Assembly: GCA_963810935.1 (NCBI GenBank)
Contig: CAWEPK010000016.1
Coordinates: forward strand, 1-64,000
Reading direction: 5' to 3'
From: an uncultured delta proteobacterium
Lineage (GTDB): Bacteria; Desulfobacterota; Syntrophorhabdia; Syntrophorhabdales; WCHB1-27
DNA length: 64,000 nt
The notes below the pieces were generated by a model. The model was not told where the DNA came from. It was given only the letters and a program-made list of their open reading frames with translations, and searched no databases. Positions within the stretch are counted from its first letter, which is position 1; the number at the start of each line of letters is the position of its first letter. A program made the translations under genes and the position numbers. Below, piece after piece: positions 40,261-49,904 of this stretch.

Positions 40261-42273
40261 TCAGGACCGTGGCGCAGGCGGGAAACAGGCGCCCTTCGAG
40301 GCGGCTTCATCAACGAGCTCCCTGATTTTCCTGCACAGGGAATCAGCCGAGAACGGTTTCTGAATGAAACCGATGCCGATGCCGTCGGGCAGGACGGCGC
40401 CCTTCTGGACGAGCCCGTAACCGCTTACGAAGAGGCAGGCTATATCGGGCCTGATTCTCCGCATCTCCTCGCAGACCTCGACCCCTCCCTTGCCCGGCAT
40501 TACCATATCGGCTATGACGAGATCGAGCTGATGGAGTTTTGTTCCGAACAGGGCGAGCGCCTGATCCCCGTTTGCGGCCGAATAGACTTTGTGTCCGAGG
40601 GTGCTCAGCATATCGAGGACTACATTGCGCAAATCCCCGTCATCCTCGATAAGCAGCACCGTTTCCTTTCCCATTACCGGAGATGCTTCCGTCACCGCCT
40701 CCTCGGGCCTCGCCCCGCCTGCGGCAGGGAGGAATATCCTGAACACGGCGCCGTGGTCCTTGTCGCTGTCGACCATTATGAACCCCTCATGCTTTTTCAC
40801 TATGCCGTAGACTACGGAAAGGCCCAGGCCCGTTCCCTGTTCTTTGGTGGTAAAGAAAGGGTCGAATATTTTCTCTCTTACGGCTGCGTCCATGCCGGCG
40901 CCCGTATCGGTCACGGTAAGGATGAGATAATCCCCCGGCTTGCCGTCCGGCGCAAAGAGGATCGCTTCGTCGTCAGCGATGCGGGCGAACGACGTCTCTA
41001 TTGTCACCTTCCCGCCGGCCGGCATGGCCTCCCTGGCATTGACTACCAGGTTGAGGAGGACCTGGTTGATCTGGCCTACGTCCAGCTTCGCCGAAGGCAG
41101 GCCGGCCTGTAGAGAGACGCGCATCTCCACGTTCTCGCCGACCATCCTCCTCATCATTTTTTCAAAATCTTCGACTACGTGGTTAAGGTCCGCGGTGACA
41201 AGCTCCAATACCTGCTGCTTGCTGAACGTCAGGAGCTGCCTCACGAATTCCGTCGCCCGCTTTACAGCTTTTTCGATGGATTGGCAGCGGACGCGCATCT
41301 TTTCCCTTTCGGGGTAATTATCCGTTCCGTTGGTGGGGGTGCCGGGCGACGCGAGCTGCAGCTTCAAAAGTTCGGCGTTCCCGAGGATGATGCCCAGCAG
41401 GTTATTGAAATCGTGGGCTATGCCGCCTGCGAGGCGACCGACCGTCTCCAGCTTCTGCGACTGCAATAGCTGCTGCTCCAGGACCTTTATCTGCCTGAGC
41501 TTCTGCACCATGTTCCCCATTGCGGCAAGCAGCCTGGCCGGCTCGTCCCTGCCTGCGGCCGCCACCTCCACGTCCAGGTCGCCCTCGGCGAGCCGGTTGG
41601 CAATCTCGACGCCCTGGCCCAGCGGCACCGTGATGCTTCTTTGCAGGATTATGCCGATTACGATGGCGAGAGCGATGATGAAAGCGCCCGTAAGGACAAA
41701 GAGGTTGCGGGTTACTTCGTACGTTTTCACAGCCTCTCCATAATAGAGGGCCGCCTGTTCCCGCTCGTAGACGACAAGCTCCGTCGCGAACTGCTGAAGC
41801 TCCAGCGCCTCCGGCCGCAGCCTGTTCATGTAGGCGTCGCCTGCCTGTCTCAGCTTTCCCATGGCTGCAAGTCCGAGGGCCTGGTCGCCCAGGTAGATAG
41901 CCTTGCGCACGGCCCCCTTGAGCCGGAGCAGGAACATCTTGCCTTTCCCTGTCGTCTCGAGCCCGTCCAGCCGCTCCAGGGCGTCTTCGTACGTGGCCCT
42001 GGCAGTGAGTATGCGGACCTGCTCGAACGCCATGACCGCTTCGTCTTTTGCCAGGATGGTTGTAAGGACGGCTTCACCCTCGGTGCAGACCGCGTCCTTT
42101 ATGATGTTGGCGTACCATATCCTGGCGCTGGTTGTCCGGACGACCTGGTCCATTTTCCCGCTGATCCCCTTCATGGCTGAAAGGCCGAGAATGACAAGGG
42201 CTATCATGAACAACATCAAAAGACCCATGCCGGCGCTGAGCCGGGTTCCAATCCTCATCCATCGCAAGTCCAT
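40261..42273 (-). CDS. Hybrid sensor kinase (four-helix-bundle sensor, HAMP, HisKA, HATPase, REC)
   Basis: Two TMs, [29 protein letters not shown]-terminal REC. Confidence 0.9.
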   Translation of the reverse strand: MDLRWMRIGTRLSAGMGLLMLFMIALVILGLSAMKGISGKMDQVVRTTSARIWYANIIKDAVCTEGEAVLTTILAKDEAVMAFEQVRILTARATYEDALERLDGLETTGKGKMFLLRLKGAVRKAIYLGDQALGLAAMGKLRQAGDAYMNRLRPEALELQQFATELVVYEREQAALYYGEAVKTYEVTRNLFVLTGAFIIALAIVIGIILQRSITVPLGQGVEIANRLAEGDLDVEVAAAGRDEPARLLAAMGNMVQKLRQIKVLEQQLLQSQKLETVGRLAGGIAHDFNNLLGIILGNAELLKLQLASPGTPTNGTDNYPEREKMRVRCQSIEKAVKRATEFVRQLLTFSKQQVLELVTADLNHVVEDFEKMMRRMVGENVEMRVSLQAGLPSAKLDVGQINQVLLNLVVNAREAMPAGGKVTIETSFARIADDEAILFAPDGKPGDYLILTVTDTGAGMDAAVREKIFDPFFTTKEQGTGLGLSVVYGIVKKHEGFIMVDSDKDHGAVFRIFLPAAGGARPEEAVTEASPVMGKETVLLIEDDGDLRNVVLDMLSTLGHKVYSAANGDQALALFGTKLHQLDLVIADMVMPGKGGVEVCEEMRRIRPDIACLFVSGYGLVQKGAVLPDGIGIGFIQKPFSADSLCRKIRELVDEAASKGACFPPAPRS

Positions 42274-42321
42274 CTCAATGGCGCCTCCGATCTGTGAAAT
42301 CACCGACGGTCTGGTTGTTAT

Positions 42322-43440
42322 TCAATTCCTTGGCGCAACGGGGGCCTTCTCGCCGGGCGGCCGGTCCATGTGGCCTTCCCGCCCGCTCTTCAGCAGCGGC
42401 AATCCGTCGTACGTGACCGATTCGAGGATGTTTTCCGCTTTCCTCACCGCAACCTGCGGGAGCGGCACATAGTGCAGCCGGCGGGCGTGTTTCTGCCCGT
42501 TGTGAATAGTCCACCAGAGCAGCCGGATCAGCTCTTCCGCCCTTTGCCTGCTCCTGCCGTCATAGTTCTGTTCCCTGAAAAGGGCGATCCACGTAAAGCT
42601 GCTGACGGGGTAGCCATCGGTCGCAGCCGTATTGGTCAAAGAGACGTTGGTGTCATCCGGGATCGAGTCCGTAACCGCGAGACCGATCGATCTGGTCGTA
42701 GGATCGACGAACCTGCCGGAATTGTTGCGCAGCGTCGCTATCGGCATGCCGTTGCCGAGCGCGTAGATCAATTCCAGGTAACCGATGGAGTTCGGGGTTT
42801 GCCGGAGCAGCCCGGCGACACCCGCGTTCGTTTTTGCCCCTTGCCCGACCGGCCACTTAAGCGAGTTGCCGAAACCGACCCGTTGCCTCCATTCCTGGCT
42901 CACCTTCGAAAGATATTCGCTGAAAATGAAAGTCGTCCCGCTGCCGTCCGTGCGATGTATCACGTGTATGGGGGAATCGGGCAGGCCCACGCCGGGGTTG
43001 AGGGCGGCGATCTTCGGATGGTTCCATACGGTGATTTTGCCGAGGAAGATATCGGAAAGGGTTGCGGAATCGAGCCGGAACCTGGGGTTCCCGGAAAGGT
43101 TATAGGCAACCGCTACCCCACCGAGACACGTAGGGATCTGAATGACTGCCGCATGGCCTGCCCCGTATAGGGGCCTTACGAATGCATCGCTCCCCGCGAA
43201 ATCGACACCGCGGTCGAGAAGCTTATCTACTCCGTCGCTCGAACCCACGCCTGCGTATTCGACCCGCACGTTGAACTGCTGCCGGTAAATATCGAAGATC
43301 GAGGAATAGAACGGTAGGGGAAAGGTCGCCCCCGCACCTTTAAGCTGCACCTGAACACCCCATGCTTGCCTGTGCAGTGAGACGGTCCCGCCAAGCACCA
43401 GCACAGCCAAAAAGACGAGATATAGCACCTTGTTTTTCAC
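42322..43440 (-). CDS. pstS: Phosphate-binding protein PstS
   Basis: GAGATFP, GVGS, DFAGSD and HRTDGSGTTFIF phosphate-binding motifs; GTG start assumed. Confidence 0.88.
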   Translation of the reverse strand: MKNKVLYLVFLAVLVLGGTVSLHRQAWGVQVQLKGAGATFPLPFYSSIFDIYRQQFNVRVEYAGVGSSDGVDKLLDRGVDFAGSDAFVRPLYGAGHAAVIQIPTCLGGVAVAYNLSGNPRFRLDSATLSDIFLGKITVWNHPKIAALNPGVGLPDSPIHVIHRTDGSGTTFIFSEYLSKVSQEWRQRVGFGNSLKWPVGQGAKTNAGVAGLLRQTPNSIGYLELIYALGNGMPIATLRNNSGRFVDPTTRSIGLAVTDSIPDDTNVSLTNTAATDGYPVSSFTWIALFREQNYDGRSRQRAEELIRLLWWTIHNGQKHARRLHYVPLPQVAVRKAENILESVTYDGLPLLKSGREGHMDRPPGEKAPVAPRN

Positions 43441-43474
43441 TTGCCGCTCCCGTGAACGGAAATGTCGTCGCATA

Positions 43475-43529
43475 ATCGTAACCCGTCTTTGTTAATGCCG
43501 CATGACTGCATAGGCTAATAACAGGTTAA
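43475..43529 (-). promoter_or_regulatory. Pho-box-like array plus -10 for pstS
   Basis: Minus strand TTAAC/TTAGC/GTCAT/TTAAC (spacing 11, 12, 11), then TACGAT 10 nt later. Confidence 0.65.
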
Positions 43530-43623
43530 GATGTGAATCGCGGGATGGCAGCCGCAGAAGATGCAAAAAGCGAAAAGGACTACAAGGATGCCATAGAAGG
43601 ATTTCAAAAGGTAGTTGTTATCG

Positions 43624-44352
43624 TCATCTTCGAGAGATCTTGTCCGTAAGGATCATGTCTTTGAGCTCGATTTGCAAGGCCTGCTCCATGTCAAGATCGA
43701 GGGCCCGGTTCATTGCCAATTTTGCGAGCCTGTTCGCCAATTCAGGGTTCTCCGCCATCTTCTCCGCCATCGCTATGGCTTCGTCGAGCAGGCGGTCAAG
43801 AGGTACGACCCTGTTGACCAATCCCCACTTCTCCGCCTGATCGGCATCGATTATCGTGCCCAGCATGATCATTTCCTTCGCCCTTGCCATGCCGATTATA
43901 AGGGGAAGCAGCTTTGTAGCTCCGTTCCCGACCGCAGATCCTATGCGGGTCTCTGGAAAACCGAATTTTGCCCCCTCTGCCGCCAGGATGAGGTCGCAGT
44001 TCATGACCCACTCGCATCCTGCCCCCAAGGCATACCCCTGGACGGCCACAACAACGGGTTTCCCCATGCCCATGATTGCGCCGGTGACCTTCTGGAGGAG
44101 TTCGACGGCTGCAAGCTCCCTCTCCAGGGAATCTTTGCCCGTCTCTTCCGTGAGGTCATGACCCGAGCAAAATGCCCGGCCCTCCCCTCGAAAGACAGCA
44201 GCCCTCACTTCCGTGTCGGCATCGGCCTCCTTGAAGACTTCCGCCAGCTCCTGCGCCATAAGGGCGTTCTGGGCGTTAAGCTTCTCCGGTCTATTGAGAG
44301 TGATAACGCCAATGGGGCCTCTTTTCTCATACCTCACGGTCTTTTGATCCAT
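43624..44352 (-). CDS. Enoyl-CoA hydratase/isomerase family protein
   Basis: TLNRPEKLNA, AFCSGHDL, GYALGAG, FPETRIG. Confidence 0.92.
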   Translation of the reverse strand: MDQKTVRYEKRGPIGVITLNRPEKLNAQNALMAQELAEVFKEADADTEVRAAVFRGEGRAFCSGHDLTEETGKDSLERELAAVELLQKVTGAIMGMGKPVVVAVQGYALGAGCEWVMNCDLILAAEGAKFGFPETRIGSAVGNGATKLLPLIIGMARAKEMIMLGTIIDADQAEKWGLVNRVVPLDRLLDEAIAMAEKMAENPELANRLAKLAMNRALDLDMEQALQIELKDMILTDKISRR

Positions 44353-44414
44353 GCTCTTATTTTATCCCCCGAAGTGCGTTTTGTCGATCCTTCCTGTAAC
44401 CGGTCTTGCCGTGC

Positions 44415-44927
44415 TCAATGTGGAAGCTGCTGTTCCCAATATCCCACTATGCGGACAAACGATTGCAGGTGACCCACATCGCCGTCCCTGGCGGTAATCG
44501 TCCTTTTTCTGATTACCCCGCGGGGATTGTTCGATTCAAGGAGGGTCATCCTTATGTGCGTTTTCGAAATGTCCAAGTCGAGCACGTACGCAAGGTGGCC
44601 CGTACCGTTGCGGAGGTGGATCACCGCAACTTGTCCCTTCCTGGGCAGGTGCGACGTGATGATTTTCTTCTTGTCCGCAAGTGTGTGAAGCCCGAACGGC
44701 AGTCTTCCCCTGGTGAGCCACCTTACGTAGGCAACACAGTTCTTTGCATGCCGGGCGCTATAGTAACGGTCGCCGGCTTTGATTATAAGGATATCTTCCC
44801 GAATGCTGCCTTTCGCAAAACACGGCATGTGAACGGAGAGTGCGATAGCCATGAGAAGTATAGAGAGAAGGGCCTTCACATATAAACATGATGCCGGTTG
44901 ACGGACTCGACAACCCGCTGCATACAA
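44415..44927 (-). CDS. Secreted CHAP-domain (Cys/His) hydrolase (start uncertain)
   Basis: NCVAYVR...PRKGQVAV...GHLAYV...ESN. Confidence 0.6.
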   Translation of the reverse strand: MYAAGCRVRQPASCLYVKALLSILLMAIALSVHMPCFAKGSIREDILIIKAGDRYYSARHAKNCVAYVRWLTRGRLPFGLHTLADKKKIITSHLPRKGQVAVIHLRNGTGHLAYVLDLDISKTHIRMTLLESNNPRGVIRKRTITARDGDVGHLQSFVRIVGYWEQQLPH

Positions 44928-45046
44928 GAGCTATATTGCCGGTTCTGCACAAGCACGGCGCGCGATCTATGAAGCAGGCGATTGCATTGGCCTGTCGAAG
45001 GCACGCCGCGCCGATGCCCCCACTTCGGATCGGCCCCTCCAAAGAA

Positions 45047-45238
45047 TTATACTTGCCAGCGGTCGATTTCTTTGTCGGCTTCTTCCTTGGAGTAACCATA
45101 TCTCTGTTACAGCTTCCCGACCAGTTGATCTTCCTTGCCTGCAATCACTTCCAGGTCGTCATCCGTTAATTTACCCCATTGCTCTCTTACCGTGCCCTTC
45201 ATGGTTTTCCAGCTACCCGATACCTGGTCCCAATTCAT
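45047..45238 (-). CDS. CsbD family protein with internal TAA at 45107-45109
   Basis: MNWDQVSGSWKTMKGTVREQWGKLTDDDL...GKL*QRYGYSKEEADKEI. Confidence 0.85.
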
Positions 45239-45429
45239 GCGTTCGTCCTCCTTTTTTCTTCGGCCCACATATACGGCCGTCTTCAGGGCCGTAGTAATAG
45301 CGGTGCCATCAGAATAATCGACAGGGTGAGTCGACAGCTCTTCTTCTCGTGCGTGCAGCCGGTTGACTCACCCTGTTCTTTACCCGTTTGGTATCATATC
45401 GATAGCCGTACCTCGGCGCGGTGGTGCTT

Positions 45430-45807
45430 TTACTCGGTCCCGGAAGCAGCACCAGAAGTGGACATCTTCTCGCCGGTACTACCGGCCGTGCCCGGCGCCA
45501 TCCCTGCCACGCGGAGGTTAGTCTTTACCGATTTGACGCCCTTCGTATCCCGTGCCATCTGGATCAAACGCTGCTGTGCGGCCATGTCCGGCACCTGCCC
45601 GGAGAGCGTTACGTTCCCCTGATACGTGGCGACGTCGATGGCCAGCGTCTTGAGGTCGGGGTCCTTAACTATCTTGGCTTTTATGTCACTCGTTATAACC
45701 GAGTCATCGAGGTTCTGACCGGCCGTCTCGCCCGACATGTGGCTACAGCCCGCAACGGTAGTTGATGCAAAAGCGAACACGGCAATAAGAATCAGTAAGC
45801 GACGCAT
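45430..45807 (-). CDS. BON-domain lipoprotein (OsmY-like)
   Basis: VAGC lipobox; DDSVITSDIKAK...IDV.T..GNVTLSG.V...GVKSV.TNL. Confidence 0.9.
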   Translation of the reverse strand: MRRLLILIAVFAFASTTVAGCSHMSGETAGQNLDDSVITSDIKAKIVKDPDLKTLAIDVATYQGNVTLSGQVPDMAAQQRLIQMARDTKGVKSVKTNLRVAGMAPGTAGSTGEKMSTSGAASGTE

Positions 45808-46034
45808 GATCACGTACCTCCTTTGTTTGTAAGATATATTCGTCTGGCCTCTATGACGGTTATCTAAGCCCAAACATAAGTACCGGGATGCCGGCGCGTG
45901 TCTTCAATGCCGCTATGGCTTCGTTAATCGACAGCCTGTTCCTCTTGCCACGATATTTCACCTTGATCGTTATAAACCCGGGGCAGCGATTGCGTTCATT
46001 GATTTCGGGCCGCTCCGGGCTGCTTAAGCAACCT

Positions 46035-46208
46035 TCAGGCTACCGGGGGCGTTCCGCGCCTTCCGAAGACCAGCGAGACAACAAACAGAATGAGGAAAAC
46101 GATGAACAGCACCTTAGCTATCCATGCCGCAGTACCTGCAATCACGCCGAAACCGAAAACGGCAGCTATTATAGCTACAACCAGGAAAACGATAGCCCAG
46201 TAAAGCAT
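46035..46208 (-). CDS. DUF1328 small membrane protein
   Basis: [33 protein letters not shown]. Confidence 0.9.
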   Translation of the reverse strand: MLYWAIVFLVVAIIAAVFGFGVIAGTAAWIAKVLFIVFLILFVVSLVFGRRGTPPVA

Positions 46209-46333
46209 GAGCACCTCCTCGCTGTCAGTCCTTAGCGTTAACATAGGTATAAATGTGGATGTGTCAACCAATGGCCGGACTTACAGGCGCCTACTTAAAA
46301 CATAAACGGAGGAGCCTCATCCAAGCTATGTTC

Positions 46334-46729
46334 CTATCTTCCAGCGCCCGCACCGCCTGCGCCGCTTCCGTAGCCGCCGCCTGCGCCGCCCGTGCCCGTA
46401 CCTCCGTAACCGCCCGCACTGCCGCCTATACCGCCCGACTGGCCTCCGGCTCCCATCGGAGTGCCGAGGCCGCCGTAGCCGCCCGGCTGGCCGGGCGCGC
46501 TTGTCCCGCCATAGTTGCCGGGGGCACCCGGCTGTCCGGGCTGGCCCGGCCCTGTGTACGAAGCGCCGCCGCCCATAGAGCTTCCGGGCGGCGCGGACGG
46601 CAACGGTGCGCCTGCACCGCCTGCGCCTCCCGCGCTTCCGCCGACGCCCTGGGCCATCGCAATATCAAAGACGGCTAAGGGTAAGCAAATAAAAAGCCCT
46701 AGAAGACAGCCCGTAAAAACTCTTCTCAT
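46334..46729 (-). CDS. Secreted Gly/Pro-rich low-complexity protein
   Basis: GAGGAGG RBS, signal peptide ending AMA, then GGAGG, PGQPG and GGYGG repeats. Confidence 0.7.
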   Translation of the reverse strand: MRRVFTGCLLGLFICLPLAVFDIAMAQGVGGSAGGAGGAGAPLPSAPPGSSMGGGASYTGPGQPGQPGAPGNYGGTSAPGQPGGYGGLGTPMGAGGQSGGIGGSAGGYGGTGTGGAGGGYGSGAGGAGAGR

Positions 46730-46916
46730 CCCGCACCTCCTCGTTGCAATCGTCCGTTGTCGAAATTGTCGCCTTAATTCTATAGGTAAACATCCGTCGC
46801 ATTATGTCAATTCAGGGCTGATAAGGCACTGGGCAGGATTGGAGGGGGAAGGCAACGTAAAGATTTTGCGTGATAAAAAAATGCCACGTGTGCAATAATA
46901 TGCAGTCGGCGAAAAT

Positions 46917-48021
46917 ATGGAAAGAGACGAGAAAAAGACGCCATCGACCGCAACCGGCGCGAAGAAGCCCGGAGGCATCATCTGGCAGGACGCCGGGGCG
47001 CGGACCTTACGGGCCGATTTAACGGAAGGCTCGACGGGCCGGGAAGAGATAAGCCTGACTTTCGGCGTAGGGCGGCCCTCGCCTGAGGATGCCGGAGAGT
47101 CTGACCGGAGAACTCCTCGCACGTATAGTGATGACGCCTTTCATGGCCAAACGGCTGGCCTTCGCCCTGTATGCCACCCTGCAACGTCATGAGTCGCTCC
47201 ACGGCCCTATCTGGCCTGACGCAAGGGGCGGAAATCACCGGGCGCCGGAAAAAACGATGCGGGAAAAGAGCCTGCTCCTGGGACTCGTCAACGAGTTCCG
47301 GGTCGATCTCGGCTCGGAGCGTTCCTTCAAGGTTTTCAAGGGCATTGTCCTGACCGACCGTTTCCTCCTGTCTGTACCCGCTGGAGCGGTGCCCAGGGAG
47401 AAGATTCTCGATGTCTGCCGGAGGCTCGGCCTGCCCGACCCTTTTTGGGCGCCCCTACTGCAAAACCTCCCGGACGCGAAGTTCATCCATTTCGGGTTCG
47501 AGGATAACGAGAAATCGTCGGTCTACAAGGTCTACCTGGAGCTTCATTTCAAGAGCCGCCATTATCCCTTCCTTATCTATATAGGCTTTAAATGGGATAC
47601 CGCTGACACGGCCAGGCACGCCCTTGCGCGATATACCTGCTACCCCTCGTTCACGACAAAGGACATCATGGAGAAATTGTCCCTTGCCTTCGCGGGACCG
47701 GACGCGGAAGAATCCGCCGGGATCGCGCAGGGTATCGTAGGGGCAGCCGTGAAGGTCGCCCCGGAGATCTTTTACGTCGAAACGACTGAGGATGGGAACC
47801 CGAGAAAATCTTTCGACATGAACCTGTACGACGCGGCCCTCACGCTCGGGTCGATTGAGCCTTTGCTTATGCGAATGGGCGAGCATTACGGTCTCCCCCG
47901 GGAACAGTTCGCTGCGTTTGTCGACGACGTCAGGGCCAAGAGGCTGGGCCACCTGACCGGAGGCATCGACAGAGAAGGGCGTGATTTCTTTACCGTCCAT
48001 TTCGGGGTGGAGGAGTGTTGA
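46917..48021 (+). CDS. DUF3467-like domain fused to an ABBA/LynF-like prenyltransferase-like domain; 1-nt indel near 47090-47100
   Basis: IIWQD...REEISLTFG|...RIVMTPFMAKRLA aligns with 57834-58163; then ERSFK...RF, HFGFE...YKVY, GHLTGG. Confidence 0.55.
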
Positions 48022-48980
48022 CCGCAGGGGAGCGAGGTCTGGAAGGGCGTACGGGGCAGGGCAGGGAATCGACCGGCCCGGCGAGCGGACCCACGGTCAA
48101 GCTCGCGACGTACACGGTCATCCCTCTCTGGTACGGGTGCAACAACAACTGCGTCATATGTATGCTCGGGCCCGTCAAAGCGAAGCTGCGCACGGTAGAC
48201 CGGGACCTCTTCAAGCGGCTGGTCATAGGCATCGCGGGCGGAGACACGTGCAGGCGGCTGATCCTTTCGGGGGCGGAGGTAACGACCTTCGATGACCTGG
48301 AGGACTACGTCAGGTTTGCTGCGGGCATGGGCTGGTTCGAGACAATACAGATACAGACGAACGGGAGGAAGCTTGCCGACCCGGCTTATCTTCGCAGGCT
48401 CATAGAAGCGGGCGTCAACGAGTTCTTCATAAGCCTGCACGGCCCGAAAGACGCACACGACGCCATTTCGCGCGTCCCCGGCTCCTATGAAGAGACGATG
48501 GAAGGCATTCATAATTTGGCGGACTACCCGGTGAAGGTGCTTACGAACACGGTCCTGACGCGCCTGAATTATCCGTACCTGCCAGGCTTTTTTTCCGCGG
48601 TAGCGGCCGGCGGTGTTAGCGAGATGCACCTCTGGAACTTTTTCCCGATGGACGAAAGGGATGAAAAGGACCTGGTTGTACCCTTAAGCGACCTTATGCG
48701 GCTGATCGACAAAGTGGTCCCGCTTCTTGCGTCCAGCCGTAAACCGTTGGTGCTCAAGGCTTTTCCTGAATGTCTTCCCGTCCACGACCCGGTTTTTATC
48801 GACAACAACTTTCCCGCAGTCCTTATACCCGATGCTTTCTGGGGTTGCCTGGAAAAAAGCGGGTTCGGCTCCTGTATTTACAGGGAATCGTGCATGGCGA
48901 AGACGTGCTGGGGCCTTTCGCGGCCATACATCGCAAAATTCGGCGACGAGAGAAACATCCTGTCCCCGGTCGCACGATGA
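48015..48980 (+). CDS. Radical SAM protein with Cys-containing C-terminal extension (HxsC-like)
   Basis: CNNNCVIC, SGAE, QTNG, ISLHG, PEC, C-terminal CxxxxxCxxxxC. Confidence 0.85.
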   Translation: MLTAGERGLEGRTGQGRESTGPASGPTVKLATYTVIPLWYGCNNNCVICMLGPVKAKLRTVDRDLFKRLVIGIAGGDTCRRLILSGAEVTTFDDLEDYVRFAAGMGWFETIQIQTNGRKLADPAYLRRLIEAGVNEFFISLHGPKDAHDAISRVPGSYEETMEGIHNLADYPVKVLTNTVLTRLNYPYLPGFFSAVAAGGVSEMHLWNFFPMDERDEKDLVVPLSDLMRLIDKVVPLLASSRKPLVLKAFPECLPVHDPVFIDNNFPAVLIPDAFWGCLEKSGFGSCIYRESCMAKTCWGLSRPYIAKFGDERNILSPVAR

Positions 48981-49028
48981 CACGAAAAGCGCGCCGGACG
49001 TCCCGGCTTTCGCCGGGGTGAATGAACC

Positions 49029-49904
49029 ATGAAAGAGACATCGCGTTTCACGCCGGAATATGCGACTAAGGACGACAAGTTTACCAACTACGCCCTCTGG
49101 CCGTATGAGCCGGCCCTCGCCTTCGAGGGGAAGCTCAGGTCGATAAACCTGCTTTTTCAGTCGTTCGAGGTTGCCGGCGCGGATGACTCGATGTTCCGGC
49201 TTATCCGGCGCATAAGAGAGGCGGCGGGCATCGGCAATACGGTATACGGGGTCAAGCAGGCAGGCGGTGGCCTGAAGTGGGAGCTTTACTTTTACGACTA
49301 CGAAAGGAGCAGGAGGCAGAGGTCCATGTCCCTGGTCCTCGATGCCATAAAGCCCGTCGCGGCGAGCCGCGTTGTGCCCAACGAAAGTCTCCTCTATTTC
49401 ATGTTCTCCATGGATGTCGACAACGCGCTGGCCGCAGGAAAGAGAGACCTCGAAGAGCTGCACATGTATATCGGGAATCCGGGCAGCGTGGTTTCGTCGG
49501 GCATCTGTTATTCCGTCACCGAAAGCGGGAACAGGCTCGAGAATCTTTATTACTTTTTCGATGCCCGAAGGCAGCTCGATGAAGTCTATGCGAAGGCAGC
49601 CTGCTCGGCCCACGTCGATATGACGAAGATCGGAATCGATGCCATCGTCCGTCCTGAGTACAGAGATTGCAGGACGATCTGCATTGCCAACAAACAGGGC
49701 AGCGATTGCATCTACTTCGCCGGAGTGAGCATCGATGCCTTCATCTCTTTCCTGAAAGAGTTCGGCTACCCTGAAGAGACCGTTTCATTCGTCGAAAAAA
49801 ACAGGCCGATGCTCGACCACCTGGAATACGACGTGGGGTTCGACTACAGGATGGAGAGGGACGGCCTCAAGGTCCTCAAAAGCGGCTACTATGGAATATT
49901 CTGA
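49029..49904 (+). CDS. Conserved hypothetical protein rich in aromatic beta-strands
   Basis: 291-aa ORF overlapping the next gene; WELYFYDY, NLYYFFD, KSGYYGIF. Confidence 0.8.
   Translation: MKETSRFTPEYATKDDKFTNYALWPYEPALAFEGKLRSINLLFQSFEVAGADDSMFRLIRRIREAAGIGNTVYGVKQAGGGLKWELYFYDYERSRRQRSMSLVLDAIKPVAASRVVPNESLLYFMFSMDVDNALAAGKRDLEELHMYIGNPGSVVSSGICYSVTESGNRLENLYYFFDARRQLDEVYAKAACSAHVDMTKIGIDAIVRPEYRDCRTICIANKQGSDCIYFAGVSIDAFISFLKEFGYPEETVSFVEKNRPMLDHLEYDVGFDYRMERDGLKVLKSGYYGIF

Noticed and set aside
20716..45238. Alternative genetic code or stop readthrough explaining internal stops
   Set aside because: The internal stops are of different types (TGA, TAA), and TGA, TAA and TAG all terminate normal genes in this window
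46785..46812. dif-like site (TTATGTCAATT)
   Set aside because: Resembles only the XerD arm; no XerC arm at the right spacing
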